Of a stretch of 64,000 nt of DNA, positions 26,641 to 39,370 are shown one piece after another; within the stretch, counting starts at the first letter, position 1, and every line of letters begins with the position of its first letter. The stretch comes from Eledone cirrhosa (taxonomy: Eukaryota): contig CAXHJY010000725.1 in assembly GCA_964016885.1 (NCBI GenBank), forward strand, positions 62,001 to 126,000. The letters are read 5' to 3'. The notes under the pieces are model-generated. The model was not told where the DNA came from and made no database searches. It saw only the letters and a list, made by a program, of their open reading frames with translations. The position numbers were made by a program, and so were the translations under genes.

Positions 26641-27351
26641 CTTTCATCCTTACGGGGTCGATAAAATAAGCACTAGTAATGTACTGGTGTCGATTTAATC
26701 GTCTCCCCCCCCCCCAACAAAAAATTACTGGCCGTATGCCTAAATAAGAAACCATTATTTTCTGGATTGGCAGTATCGGTGGAGATTCAAACGCCATGCT
26801 TTTCAGCATAGAGTTACGGCCCTTTACGGTCTGAGTTCAAATCCCACCGAGGATAACTTTGCCTTTCATCCTTAAAATAAAGTACCAGTAATGCACTAGG
26901 GTAATTCCTGGCCTTGTGCCAAAAGTAGAAATAATTATTATCTCGACTGGACAGATATTATAGCTAAAAAGAAAACGTCAGGTTATGAAGTCCACGTGCC
27001 TTTGCTATAGATATTCAGTATAAAGTAAAATTAACAAGAAGACACATGAATCTAGAAACACTTTGCAAAGTCCTACAAAAAAATTTCTCAACTCAACCTG
27101 AAATGAATTTAATTAAAATTAAATATATATATATATAACATTATATTTAACATTAAATTTATTGGCAGGGGATTGGCAGTATCGGTAGAGGGTCGGACGC
27201 CATGCTTTCCAGCATAGTTACGTCCCTTTACGATCTGAGTTCAAATCCCGCCGAGGTTGACTTTGCCTTTCATCCTTACAGGGTCGATAAAATAAAGTAC
27301 CAGTAATGCACTGAGTAATTGCTGGTCTTGTGCCTAAAGTAGAAACAATTA
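26641..27351 (+). mobile_element. Cluster of three Nin/Deu-like SINE copies
   Basis: Same consensus as 11438. Confidence 0.85.
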
Positions 27352-27389
27352 TATATAAACATTATATATAAATATATATATATATAAAA

Positions 27390-28600
27390 TTGAAAAAGTG
27401 GAGAATAACATGGTCAACAGCACAAAAAAGGGGTTTTATTTGCAATCTAACAATTGTTTCACTGATAAAGTTGTCTAAAAATTGCTGAACACTAAAAGCA
27501 ATGCCAATCAATTTTAAATACGATGTTAGCCCGATCAGATCTTCGGAAACTGTTAAAAAAATATATATGTAACCGGAAAATTTACAAATTCAAATTACAT
27601 CATCAATAATAATATTAATAATAACGATATAGAGAGAAAAGGAGGAAGAAAGGGAGATCGATACAGTAAAGAAAGGAAAGAAAGGCGAAAGAAGAAGGAA
27701 AAAGAAAAAGAAAAAGGGTAAGAAGAAGAAAAAGGAGAAATTATTATAGATAAAAATATAAAGAGAAGATATATAGAAGATGATGGTAGACAGATGAGAG
27801 ACAAACATAAGTAGAAATAACGTAGGATAGAAAGAAGAATAGAGGGACAAATAAATGAATAAACGTTAATACATGAATAAATGTAAATAAAAATAAAAAT
27901 AGATATATAAAAAATATATGAAAAAATATGAGAAAATATATAAAAAAATTGCTAAATAAATAAATAAATAAATATATAAATTACATCTAATGTGATATAA
28001 AATGGTATAAAATGTGAAAAATGAAGAATAAAAATAAATACGTAAAAGAAGTAAAAATGTGCGAAGAATATTTAAACATATTAAAATTATTGAGAATGGT
28101 TTTTGAGAATTGTTAAAATATATGGAGAGATATTAAGGGGAAAATATGATAATGTTAAATATATTTATGTGTGTATTGGTTATTTTAATAAATAAATAAA
28201 TTAATTAGTTTTAAGTTATATTATATGATAAAATAAAATGATAGAGATGAAATAAATTTAGGGATAAAATATAAAGATAGAGAGTGAAAGATAGAAATGT
28301 ATAAAATAAGAATGTAAATGTAAGAGGTTTTGATGTTGTTCTTTGATAGATGATCACAATTATAATTATAATTATGATGATGATGATGCTGATAATGTGA
28401 TATCATAATAGATCCAAGTGGTACAATCTGGGTTATGGAATAGATAAGATGGAATTAACCTGGTCTAAAGTTCTCAAATTTAGTCGCCGATTTATGTCGA
28501 CAAAAAATAATTCTTTCAATTTTACTGTTAAGAGGAATTTTGTTGTAATTTAAAATTTGGAAAAGTTCCATATTACAGAGACCACAGTAGGACATTCCAA
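27390..28600 (-). mobile_element. PLE 3' fragment (endonuclease tail, 3' UTR, pLTR)
   Basis: The minus strand at 28458-28598 reads GMSYCGLCNMELFQILNYNKIPLNSKIERIIFCRHKSATKFENFRPG*, homologous to 29965-30105. The pLTR resembles 29140-29305. Confidence 0.82.
27443..27552 (-). ncRNA. Extended-stem-II hammerhead, family B (CCGAAGA core)
   Basis: CAGTTT-CCGAAGA-TCTGAT...about 80 nt...ATCAGT-GAAAC-AATT-GTT-AGATTG. Confidence 0.68.
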
Positions 28601-28604
28601 TTAT

Positions 28605-28992
28605 ATACAAATAGTAAAAACAATGAAATTAAACAACAAACGGTTAATTCATAGTAAAACCCATTATTTTACGATCGTTTCTGGGGGGTAGTTCCCCATA
28701 TGTTCATTCTATTATTGATCTATGTAAAATATATTACAAAATATCATAAGAAAAAATACATACGTCCTGACCACCCGCCGTCTTCAGGAATATTCATTAT
28801 TTCTGAAGACGGCGGGTGGTTAAGACGTTTGTATTTTTTTTCTTATTGTGATATTTTGTAATATATTTTACATAGATCAATAATAGAATGAACATACGGG
28901 GAACTCCCCCCCCCCAGAAACGATCGTAAAATAATGGGTTTTACTATGAATTAACCGTTTTTTGTTTAATTTCATTGTTTTACTATTTGTAT
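28605..28992. repeat. Fold-back palindrome of two family-A extended hammerheads (28662-28790 on -, 28795-28936 on +)
   Basis: Arms are reverse complements. The + copy has an 8-bp stem I CATTATTT/AAATAATG, CTGAAGA and GAAAC-GATC-GTA. Confidence 0.82.
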
Positions 28993-29139
28993 TTTTGACT
29001 CTGTATCCAATGAATAATATCATTGAACATTTTGTATTTTAAACTTTGCTTCATGACATCTTCTGCATACGGATTACATTGAGTTCTTCATACGGCCTGG
29101 ACCCTACCATTAATTGGTGGATTTATCTATATATATATA

Positions 29140-32100
29140 ATGAAAGATTGAAGAATAACATAGTCGGCTGTACAAAAACGGTTTTATTTCAAGAATTAAC
29201 AATTGTTTCACTGATCAGGTGAGTCTAAAGACCGCTAATCACTCGAAGTTGCGTCACGCGACCTTAAATACAGTGTTTACCTCTGATCAAATCATCGGAA
29301 TACTGGAGGGTTTACATATGGCATTGGTATATATATAGAGAGAGAGATACAACAGAGAATCAAAACAATAACATCAATAATAAAAGATAATGATAAAGAG
29401 GTAAAGAAGATAGAATGAAGATGGTACAGATGTAAAAAATATGTAAAAAAAATAATAAGTACAGAATGCGATTGCTGATAATAGTGGTGGTAGTTAGTAA
29501 GTGTATGTGTAAAGATAATACTAACATGAAAATCAACATAAAAAACATACAAATATACGTGGTGGTCAAATATCAGAGGGATAGAGTAGAAAATAAAAAG
29601 TAACAAATGACAGATAAAAGATAAAAATAATAAATTAAAAATTAAGTGAGAGGGGAAAAGACATGAGGATGAGACATAAGGGGTAGGGCTAAGGACGGCG
29701 AAGGAGTAGATAGGTAGATAGAGTTTAACAATTGAGAGGAAGAGTTTTGATATATGTGTGTGGTAAATTTCTAGCATGCTGATTGTCTTATCTTAATGGG
29801 GTTGATGTGGCTTTAGGGAGAGAGAGTGAAAGAAAGGTTAGATGTATGATGTTGATCTAGTGACCAGTCGGTCAGTTGACAGCTAATAACAGTGGGGTGG
29901 TATGTAGTTAGTACATTGAAATCCGGGTGGTTCAGTTCGAATTTTGGGATTGCTGGATCGAATCATGTTGGTTTGAAATTTGCGAACTTGGTAGCTGATT
30001 TGTGCCTACAGAAAATTGATCGTTCTATTTTGCTGTTAAGCAGCACCTTATCATACTTTAAAATATGGAACAGCTCCATATCGCAAAGTCCTCAGTGGGA
30101 CATTCCGTTGTTGTAGGCCCTTGCTCCCGAGAATTTCGACCAGCTAATCCCATATTCCTGGTTTGTGTCCTTAAGCTGCCAGATTTTATTGGCCAGCGTT
30201 GTTGAGTTCTCTAGTCTACGGTTCTTCATAGAGTATCTGTGAACGTACTATCTTTTTTTTAATTCACCAGCCGTGGAACCTATGTAGTGCCATGTTAAGT
30301 TGCCTGAATTTATAGTACACAGGTACACCATACTTTATTCCAGGCATCTATTTTGTAGTGGGCACTTATCCGGCAGGTGGCAGTTACAGTTGGAGGCCTT
30401 CCTGTGTGCAGGTTCTCCGTTGTGGTTTTGTATGTTGTTATGGATGGGCTAAGATTTAGGCTTATTAATGTTTTGTTGTGATGCGCCCTGATGTGTGTGT
30501 GTGGTTGTGATGTTGTTATGTGTTTGAGTTTTGTATTTGGTGCTATGGTGTATGTTGGTAGGTTATTTTCTTTAGAGATTATTTTGTAGTTGATTTTATC
30601 TATGTGTGATTCTATGTTGGCTGCAGTAGAGTAAGAGAGTTTGATAGTTTTTCTGTTAAAGGTTCTATGGTATTTGTGTAGTTTAGGGAAGTGTTTGTCA
30701 ATTAGCTTAAAGAATGTAGAAGGTAGTTTGGTTTTTTATAGAGGAGTTGAATATTGGATTGAACCATAGGTATTTCCTATCTCTGGGTTTTCTATAGTTC
30801 CTAGGGTCCCTATATTAGTATTCGGTTCAGTTATTTCTGGTGCTCGTCTATTTCTATGTTTAGTTCTATGTTTGTCATTTCTATAGGTGTGGGTAGTGTA
30901 GCTGTCGTTAGGTTTGTTGTTGCTGTTTCTATCTAGTATGTATTTGAGCCCCTCCTTATGGCCTGCCTTATGTAAAGCTATGTTATAGTCGTTTGCGTTT
31001 TCATTAAAAATCTCTAGGTTAGAAGATAGGCGGAATATTCTGAGGGATGTACTATGTGCTATGGAGTTAATTATAGATCGAGGGTGGTTTGAGGTATAAC
31101 TAACGTAGGCTAGATTTTCGTTATTTTTATGGAAGGGCTCTATTAGTCCTGTGTTTAGGTTGAGTGTTACTTCTAAGAGGTTTGCCTTTTTAGAGTTAAA
31201 TTCGAAAGTGATACTTAGGCCTAGTTTGTTGAAGAAGACTCTGATGTTTTGCCTTAATCTTTTTTTAGGTTTTTAGCTAAAAGGAGTGTGTCGTCTCTAT
31301 AAATTCCTCCTTGGAGGTTATTAAATTCCTTATGTAAGTTATGCGCTATATATATTCCAACTATGTCTGTTACCTGTGCTGAGTCGCTAGATCCCATTGT
31401 GATATCGAAGCTATTCTGTCTATTTTTTCGTTCCCAGTAACTATCTTCGAATCTAATGATAGTTCTCCTATCAGCTAGTACTATTCTAATTTCATCAGAG
31501 CTTCGGTCCGAGTTTTTCTGGGCAAAGGCTAGCGCTTTATCTAGGGTGACTGGGGAGATGGAGAAGTAGTAGTCGTTGATGTCAAACTGTACGAAGTTGG
31601 ATGTTTCCCAACTGTCTATTTTGTTGAACCAGTCTATTGCTTCGTTAGTGTTACCCCATAGCTTAATTACTAGTTTGTCCTTGATTTGTGCTATTACTCT
31701 ATCTAGTATATAATTCTATCTATATCCGACTTCGATAGGCATATTAATCTAATTGTGGCGTCTGTTTCGAAATTATTTTTATGATCTTTTCGGTTAAATG
31801 TGGGGTTACAAGGGGTTAGAGGCTCGGTTCTATCAGATATTTTCAGTTTTTTTTTACTATGCTAAGTCATTCCTTATTAATGCTAGTGAGGGCAGATTCT
31901 GTAGTTTTCTTGTATTTTTTGTGCAGTTAACGGCGTGAAAAGTTATTGTATGTATTAAGGCTCATGGTGTATACGTTTGATGTTTTGTCTGCTTTTACTA
32001 TAATACCGTTGGTGTTGCGTAGTTTCTTCAGCAGTGTATTGATGTCGTTTTGCAGTTGTACTTATTTTTTTAACTTATTTTTTACATCTGTACCATCTTC

Positions 32101-32518
32101 ATTCTATCTTCTTTACCTCTTTATCATTATCTTTTATAATTGATTTTATTGTTTTGATTCTCCGTTGAATCTCTCTATATATACCAATGCCATATGTAAA
32201 ACTTCCAGTATTTCGTTGATTTTTATCAGAGGTAAATACTCTATTTAAGGTGGAGTGACGCAGCTTCAAGTGATTAGCGGCCTTTAGACTCACCTGATCA
32301 ATGAAACAATTGTTAATACTTGAAATAAAACCCTTTTTTACAGCCGACCATGTTATTCTTCAATCTTTCACTATTATTACTCCAAGTATAACCTGCATAG
32401 GAATTCTCGCGAACTCGCTACCTAACTATGGAAACCTCTTGTTGAGTCAAACAAAGCCGTACGTTAAAACTATCCACAAACTCTAAATGGATTACCTAAA
32501 ATGATAACTTGTTATCCC

Positions 32519-32520
<2 letters not shown>
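29140..32520 (-). mobile_element. Decayed 5'-truncated PLE with inverted pLTR (same clade as the 58.5-62.9 kb element)
   Basis: The broken ORF at about 29965-32050 has FVQFDINDYYFSISP, FDITMGSSDSAQVTD, GGIYRDD, CNCHLPDKCPLQNRCL and FCRHKSATKF. 32055-32370 is an inverted copy of 29140-29465 and runs on to an ATG-GAT-TAC (MDY) start at about 32487. Confidence 0.88.
29192..29304 (-). ncRNA. Extended-stem-II hammerhead, family B (CCGATGA core); degenerate + copy at 32207-32320
   Basis: AGTATT-CCGATGA-TTTGATCAG...CTGATCAGT-GAAAC-AATT-GTT-AATTCT. Confidence 0.7.
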
Positions 32521-32579
<59 letters not shown>

Positions 32580-32923
32580 AATGGAAGATTTGTAAAATCG
32601 AAGCTTCAGCTGTAGCCAAACCAACGAGATAGAATCAGGAGTTGTGCAGCCAAGCACTCAATGAGGAATCTCAGAGTAATAACATTCGTTAGACGGCATG
32701 ACAAATTGAAAACTGTGGCAGGCAAGCCTAGCTATGACACCGAAGCAACGAGAAAATCAACAGGTTAATAATACAAACCTGGACCATCTCAGAGGCAGAT
32801 CGTCGTTTCTCCGATAGGTTTCTATGAAATCAAAATCAACAATCCTACTTGCGCAAGTATGCAAGTTTTGGTGTTTGAAGACCGAACTGGGGATTCAAGT
32901 TACATATCTATATATATATAAGT

Positions 32924-32974
<51 letters not shown>

Positions 32975-33058
32975 CCCCCTTCCTGCTCTATCAAGCGTTA
33001 ACCTAATATATACCTTCCATATACTGTACCGATTATGTTATTATTTCTGTTTACCTTT

Positions 33059-33126
<68 letters not shown>

Positions 33127-33181
33127 ATTATTTATTTTATTATATTTATTTATTTACTTTATTTTATTTTATTAGCTCAGC

Positions 33182-33365
33182 GCCTATGATGGTGAGTAGG
33201 GAGGTAGCCCTGGGGTCGAGGACACCAGAAGTCTCCACTGCCAAGGGTACAACCGCAAACCTGTCGGAGAGCGACCGCTATTTGAAGAGTTGCGGCAGAA
33301 CCTGGGTTAGTCGCAGACTGCACCAGGTTGCGGCCGGATCGAGAATATATCAAATGCCACTGTAC
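33182..33365 (-). mobile_element. CRE-clade relic (RLE domain)
   Basis: SATNPGSAA...RSLSDRFAVVPLAVETSGVLDPRATSLLTIIG. Confidence 0.68.
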
Positions 33366-33994
33366 ATTATAGTTTCGTATCTATCTGTAAAGACAGACAG
33401 ACACAGACACTCACACATACACGCATACACACACGCATACACACACACACACACAGACGCACAGACACACAGACACATAGACACACACACAGACACATAC
33501 AAACACACACAGACACACATACACATACACACAGACAGACACAGGCACACACACTTACACACACACACATACATATATACACACATATACATACATGCAT
33601 ACACACACACACACGCATGCACACACACACACACATACACACACAAACACATAAATATATACACACACATACTTACACACATACATACGTAGACACAGAC
33701 ACAGACACACATACACATAGACACACACAGACACACACACACATACACATAATCACATACACATACACACACGCATACACACACAGACACACACAAATAC
33801 ACACACAGACATTCACACACAGGCAGACACACACACACATACACTCACATATATATACACACACACAAACACACACGTATATGCACACGCATACACATAC
33901 ACACACACAGACACATAATCACACACATACAGACACAGACACACACAAAGAGAGACACATACATATATACAGACACAGACGCACACACAAACAC

Positions 33995-34106
<112 letters not shown>

Positions 34107-34817
34107 TAGCAGTGTATCCCGGCGTTGCACGGGTAAGAACATTTGTAATAGCACTTCCAATGAGAAATGTTTATTTGTGAGTGCCTATATATATGAAAAT
34201 ATACCGACAGGAAACTTGTTTTATTTAGAGAAAATAAAGAAGTTGAAAGTACAGTTTAGCTGTCTACGTGCATTGTTCATAGAAATATTGTTGAGTCTCT
34301 TCTTTTCATACTCCTCTGTTTTGACCTTTTGGGGTAAATGTGAAAGTGAAAGTCATAGGTTAAGTTGGCAGAAGGTTCCAGTGTCATAGCAGTAAGGCGT
34401 AGGCTACTTACCCCAAAAGTTCATTCACACTCTTTCCACTAAGTTACTCTTTCTCTCTATCCCTGTCAGTGCAGTCCCTTGCGAATTTCTCGTGTAGGGC
34501 TGGTGTAGATTTTCACCCGATCCATCTACCCGATGCACATGTCTGCTTTGTACGGCTTTTGGAGGAAGGAGTGACCAGCAGTACGTTGTTGGGTATTATT
34601 ACGAAAAGGTGTAGCAGAGAATCTCTCGTGAACTAACAGCTCTGGAAGAAACTGCTTGCCTCGAAGATTCATTCTCCATCTCGTTCTTGTCAACACTCCG
34701 TTTACTTGGTATTTGTTGGTCTACAGTTAGATGAATGGCGCACAAAGGATTAATGTTTATTGGCAAGAAGTTTTTTGAATAATAAAAGACGGGTTAAAGC
34801 GACCTACAATGTATCTC

Positions 34818-34859
<42 letters not shown>

Positions 34860-34860
<1 letters not shown>

Positions 34861-35760
34861 TTAAGGATACTATTTATGGTTATGCATATACAAAAACCTT
34901 TTGTAGTTATATATATTTTTACAAACCCTAAATAGTGATAGGCAGTAATATATTACTACCTTATTACCAGTAAGATAAATAGCTCAATGTAATAACATCA
35001 GTTGTTTTACAGAGCAGTTATATATAAGTTATAATAATCAAAGTTCTGTTCAAATCATTTATATGCTTACAATTGTTTCCTCCAAACCGAGGTTTGGATT
35101 CTTCGGAGCAATTTATTAATGAATGATCACATATATGACCTCCTTTTCAACCCAAGAGACATACAGATACATATGCATATATTGTTGCTTGGTGGGTCGA
35201 CATCCATTATAACATTTAGCGTGGCAGTATACATTTAAAGATTACATTCATATCAAAAGAGGATAAAATCAAAATTAATGTTAAAATACAACATGAGATT
35301 AATGCGATAGGATAGTCAGAAGCAGTAAGTGTATGCAATAGTTATACGTGTGGCAAGCACGTGTGTCTTATTTATAAATATTATAGTGCGGCAGGGTGTT
35401 ACAAGTAAAACAAGCACTATAAGCGGGTAAACAAGATTGTTAAGGGGGTTGTCCTGGTAATGTATCTTTTATATGAATGTTATAGAAGCTTGTGTGTAGA
35501 GAAATATTATAAATATTAGAAATATTTAAAATATTAGAAATGTGTAGCAAAGCGATGATATGGTTTTCGTGTACAACACCATTTTCACAGTCCGGAGATC
35601 GTAATATCTAGATTATATGCCCCTCACATAATCCACAACGATTCAATATTGGACGTTTGATGAATCTGTATATAATAATTCCTGGTAAGCTCTGGGTCAG
35701 TGTATGTCAGATTGGATGTCAAAGTTGACTATCACTAGGGTAGACCAGAGGTCAATCGTC
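34860..35760 (-). mobile_element. PLE 3' relic with HHR, nested in a Helitron
   Basis: HHR at 35064-35110, weak RCGLC endonuclease-tail-like remnant near 35630, (TA)n boundary. Confidence 0.5.
35064..35110 (-). ncRNA. Minimal hammerhead with CCGAAGA (U4C) core
   Basis: TGCT-CCGAAGA-A-TCCAAACC-TC-GGTTTGGA-G-GAAAC-AATT-GTA-AGCA. Confidence 0.72.
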
Positions 35761-36260
35761 ACTTACCATGTCACTAATCCAACCATCAATTCATACATAT
35801 ATGTACACACCGACCCAATCGAAGTAGAAATGTGGATTTGTATAGACTTTCCAAAATTAGGACACACACACACAGACAGAAAACTAAAGTTTTATATATA
35901 TGTATATATGTATAGATATATAGCAGTAGACGTATTAACTATGTAGAAACCAACGACGATATTGTTAACTACCACTCTATAAAGATAATCAAACTCTATA
36001 ATATAACTGTATATAATTATATTTTGTCTCTTTTCCCCACACGAGCCATACTTTCTTTCAAAAACGTATTGAAATGATAGTCTTAGAATTCATAGAATAC
36101 AACTAAAAGTAAAGTAAAATACAAAACAAAGAGGGTGGGTTCAAATGTTCTAAAGGGCTTTCATTTGTGTCAGAAGTCAGCGTTCTCTCCTGACGGTTTT
36201 GTCTATCTGTCTCCCCATTTTTTATTTCTTTCTTTCTCTTTCTTTCTTTCTTTCTTTCTT

Positions 36261-36291
<31 letters not shown>

Positions 36292-36326
36292 TTTCTTTTT
36301 TTCTTTTTTCATTTATTTATTTCTTC

Positions 36327-36373
<47 letters not shown>

Positions 36374-36868
36374 TTTTTCTTTCATTGTCTCTCTCTCTGT
36401 CTGTAAACTCTCTCACACACACACACAGATACACCCACACACACATAGATGTATAGGAGGCTGATAAATGTTACGAGTCATACAAACACATAACCGGTTA
36501 TTAAGTATTCGTTGTTAACGTAAATACAAGCACACATACATAGATACACACACACAACAACAACAACAAGCATAGTTATGTTACCAAATTTGGTGAAGAA
36601 ACCGAATATTACTTATTCCCTTCATAAAATAGCGAGTTATGAACTGGTAAATGATAATTGTTGGACGCCATTTTAATTTGCTGCTTGTGTCCTTCTGTAT
36701 TTCGTATCAGTGTTGAAGGGATCCTGTCTCCTCATTGAACACTTGCTCTGTTATGTAAAGCATCACCACCACCGCCGCCACCAACACCATCACTACCACC
36801 ACCAACACTACCACCACCAACACCACAATCACCACGGCCATACCACCATCAAAACTATACAACACCAC

Positions 36869-36963
36869 CTCTCGTTTAATAATGTTCACATATAACGTAG
36901 GAGACTCCACGACCGTTACAATGTCAGCACTTTCATCTTCCTCGACAACATTTATGTTATACA
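36869..36963 (-). pseudogene. Exon candidate (95 nt)
   Basis: AACAG| (L)[31 protein letters not shown] |[17 protein letters not shown] resembles the V..VESP..FYV start of extended Tudor modules. Confidence 0.4.
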
Positions 36964-36977
36964 CTGTTCAACAAGCC

Positions 36978-37077
<100 letters not shown>

Positions 37078-37084
37078 ATATTTA

Positions 37085-37478
37085 GAGAAAGAGTGAAGAA
37101 TAACATGGTCCGCTGTACAAAAAGGGTTTTATTTACAGAATTAACAATTGTTTCATTGATCAGGTGAGTCTAAAGGCCGCTAATCACTCGAAATTGCGTC
37201 TGACGCAATTTCGAGTGATTAGCGGCCTTTAGACTCATCTGATCAATGAAACAATTGTTAATTCTGTAAATAAAACCCTTTTTGTACAGCGGACCATGTT
37301 ATTCTTCACACTTTCTCTACTATTACTCCAAGAATAATCTGCATGGGAATTCTCGCAAACTCGCTACCTAACTAAGGAAACGTCTTGTTGAGTCAAACAG
37401 CGCCATACGTTAAAACTATCCATAGTACAAAGTACTCACTAACTCTAACTGGATTACCTAAAACGATAACTTATTATC

Positions 37479-37480
<2 letters not shown>
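37085..37480. repeat. Family-B pLTR fold-back palindrome (centre about 37201) with extension toward the ORF start
   Basis: 37084-37200 and 37202-37319 are reverse complements and match 32245-32520. Confidence 0.85.
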
Positions 37481-37552
<72 letters not shown>

Positions 37553-37716
37553 CGAAGGAAATGTGGTAAGTAAGGAACCAGATGGACCATAACGCACCAA
37601 AATACTCAATACTTAGGGTAGTATAGTGGGTAATTGGAACGAGTAGGACCCCGACGAGTAGCTCAGCCGTCGGGTTCCTACTCGTTCCTATATATATATA
37701 TATGCGGAACAGGAAG

Positions 37717-37749
<33 letters not shown>

Positions 37750-37809
37750 CATATATATATATATATAAAGAGAGAGAGAGAAGTAGAATGCTGGAAGGTA
37801 ATATCCGTA

Positions 37810-39010
37810 GTGGTAGAACACTTAGTCCATGTCCATGTCTCTAGCGTAGATTTCTTAGACATTAATTTAGACCATCGCACACATACCTTCAGACCCTTCC
37901 ATAAGCTAAACGAAAAACTTAATTACATACACAAGGACTCGTGCCACCCTCCTACTGTTTTTAGAAACTTCGTAAATAATATCAGTACTAGAATCTCTAC
38001 CCTCTCCTCTAATAAGGTTATCTTTGACAGAGCAGCACCCTACTATAACACGCCGTTAGCTAACAGCGGCTTCTCGCAACCAATTACTTACTCCCCCACT
38101 AACAACAACAGCAATAAGAAATCGTAACAATAGACAAACTATCTGGTTCTCTCCTCTCTTCTCACTCAACGTTAAAACTAATGTAGGAAAACAATTTTTA
38201 GCCCCCTTAGACACTTTCCCATAGGTCACAAATACCGCTCCATCTTTAACAGACACAGAGTAAAACTAGGGTACTCCTGCGCTAAAAATATGAAGGCCCA
38301 CATCACCAACCGTCCTAAGAGCGGCACCCCACCAGGATGCTCTTGCAGAATGCCTGAAGCTTGTCCCCCTCAACAGCAATGCAACACACCCGCTGTAGTT
38401 TATGAAGCTGTGGTCACTTTCAACTGACCAAATCAACCACAGGAGGTCAAAACCTATGTGGATATGGCGGAGGGCCGATTTAAGAAACGCTTCTTGAACC
38501 ATCAGTTGACCTTTAGGTACCCGGACAAACGACCATCCACGAAACTCGCGAGCCACGTATGGTCACTCAAGGACTCAGGTATAGACTACCCCATTCAATG
38601 GGAAGCCATCACTAAGTCCAAGCTGTACGTAAGGGGCAATCCTTCTTGTAGACTATGTATTGAAAAAAGGTTAAATAAGGAGATTATGCAATAGCGATTA
38701 CCTAAATTCAACAGAGGAAATCTTCTTACGTTGTCCATATGTCTGGAAACACCTCTTGCATAACTACAAAGCTCCGGATTGAATAAGAACAACATTCTAA
38801 TTTTCTAATCAACTCGAACTTCTTTTCCGGACTCTCGCAGTTATCTTCCTTAAACCTTTCGCCGTGGCATTGTATCTCTTGGGTGAAGTGACCGTTTCTG
38901 CGCATGCGTGTTCATACGGTTGTTCTTCCTGTTCCGCATAACCATGACCAGTCCGAGCTGAAGATCCGCTAAGGTGAAACAATTATTCTCGGTATGGTGA
39001 ACTAAATGTT
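37810..39010 (+). mobile_element. 5'-truncated decayed PLE (RT thumb + GIY-YIG + pLTR with HHR)
   Basis: VDFLDINLD...YIHKDSCHPP; VVYEAVV...YVDMAEGRFKKRFLNH...CRLCIEK; HHR CCGAG-CTGAAGA-TCCGCTAAGGT-GAAAC...CTCGG at 38953-38992. Confidence 0.85.
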
Positions 39011-39014
39011 ATGT

Positions 39015-39076
<62 letters not shown>

Positions 39077-39081
<5 letters not shown>

Positions 39082-39250
39082 GAAAGTGAACAACACAATA
39101 TCTACCTACCCCATATCCAAAGGTTTCAGAACCCTAGACAATATTAACATAAGTCTAGGTCGTTCATCAGACACGTATATTAATATTGTCTAGGGTCCTG
39201 AAACCTTTGGTAATGGAGTAGTTATATATTGTGTTGTTCACTTTCTAATT
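39077..39250. repeat. Fold-back pLTR relic with a degenerate HHR on - strand (about 39113-39172)
   Basis: Inverted arms AATTAGAAAGTGAACAACAC/GTGTTGTTCACTTTCTAATT; CTGATGA...CCTAGAC/GTCTAGG...GAAAC. Confidence 0.7.
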
Positions 39251-39328
39251 ATATAGCTCTGTATTATATATAGAGCACTCTCTTTTTCCTTCGCTTTTTC
39301 TTCGGAAATACCCACACACACACATATG

Positions 39329-39369
<41 letters not shown>

Positions 39370-39370
<1 letters not shown>

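Noticed and set aside
28715-28760. SECIS element in the family-A arm (TGAT...AGAT), by analogy to selenoprotein-coding Naiad PLEs
   Set aside because: The upper helix is too short, there is no positioned apical AA, GAT/ATC pairs by ordinary Watson-Crick rules, and no linked in-frame UGA ORF is seen.
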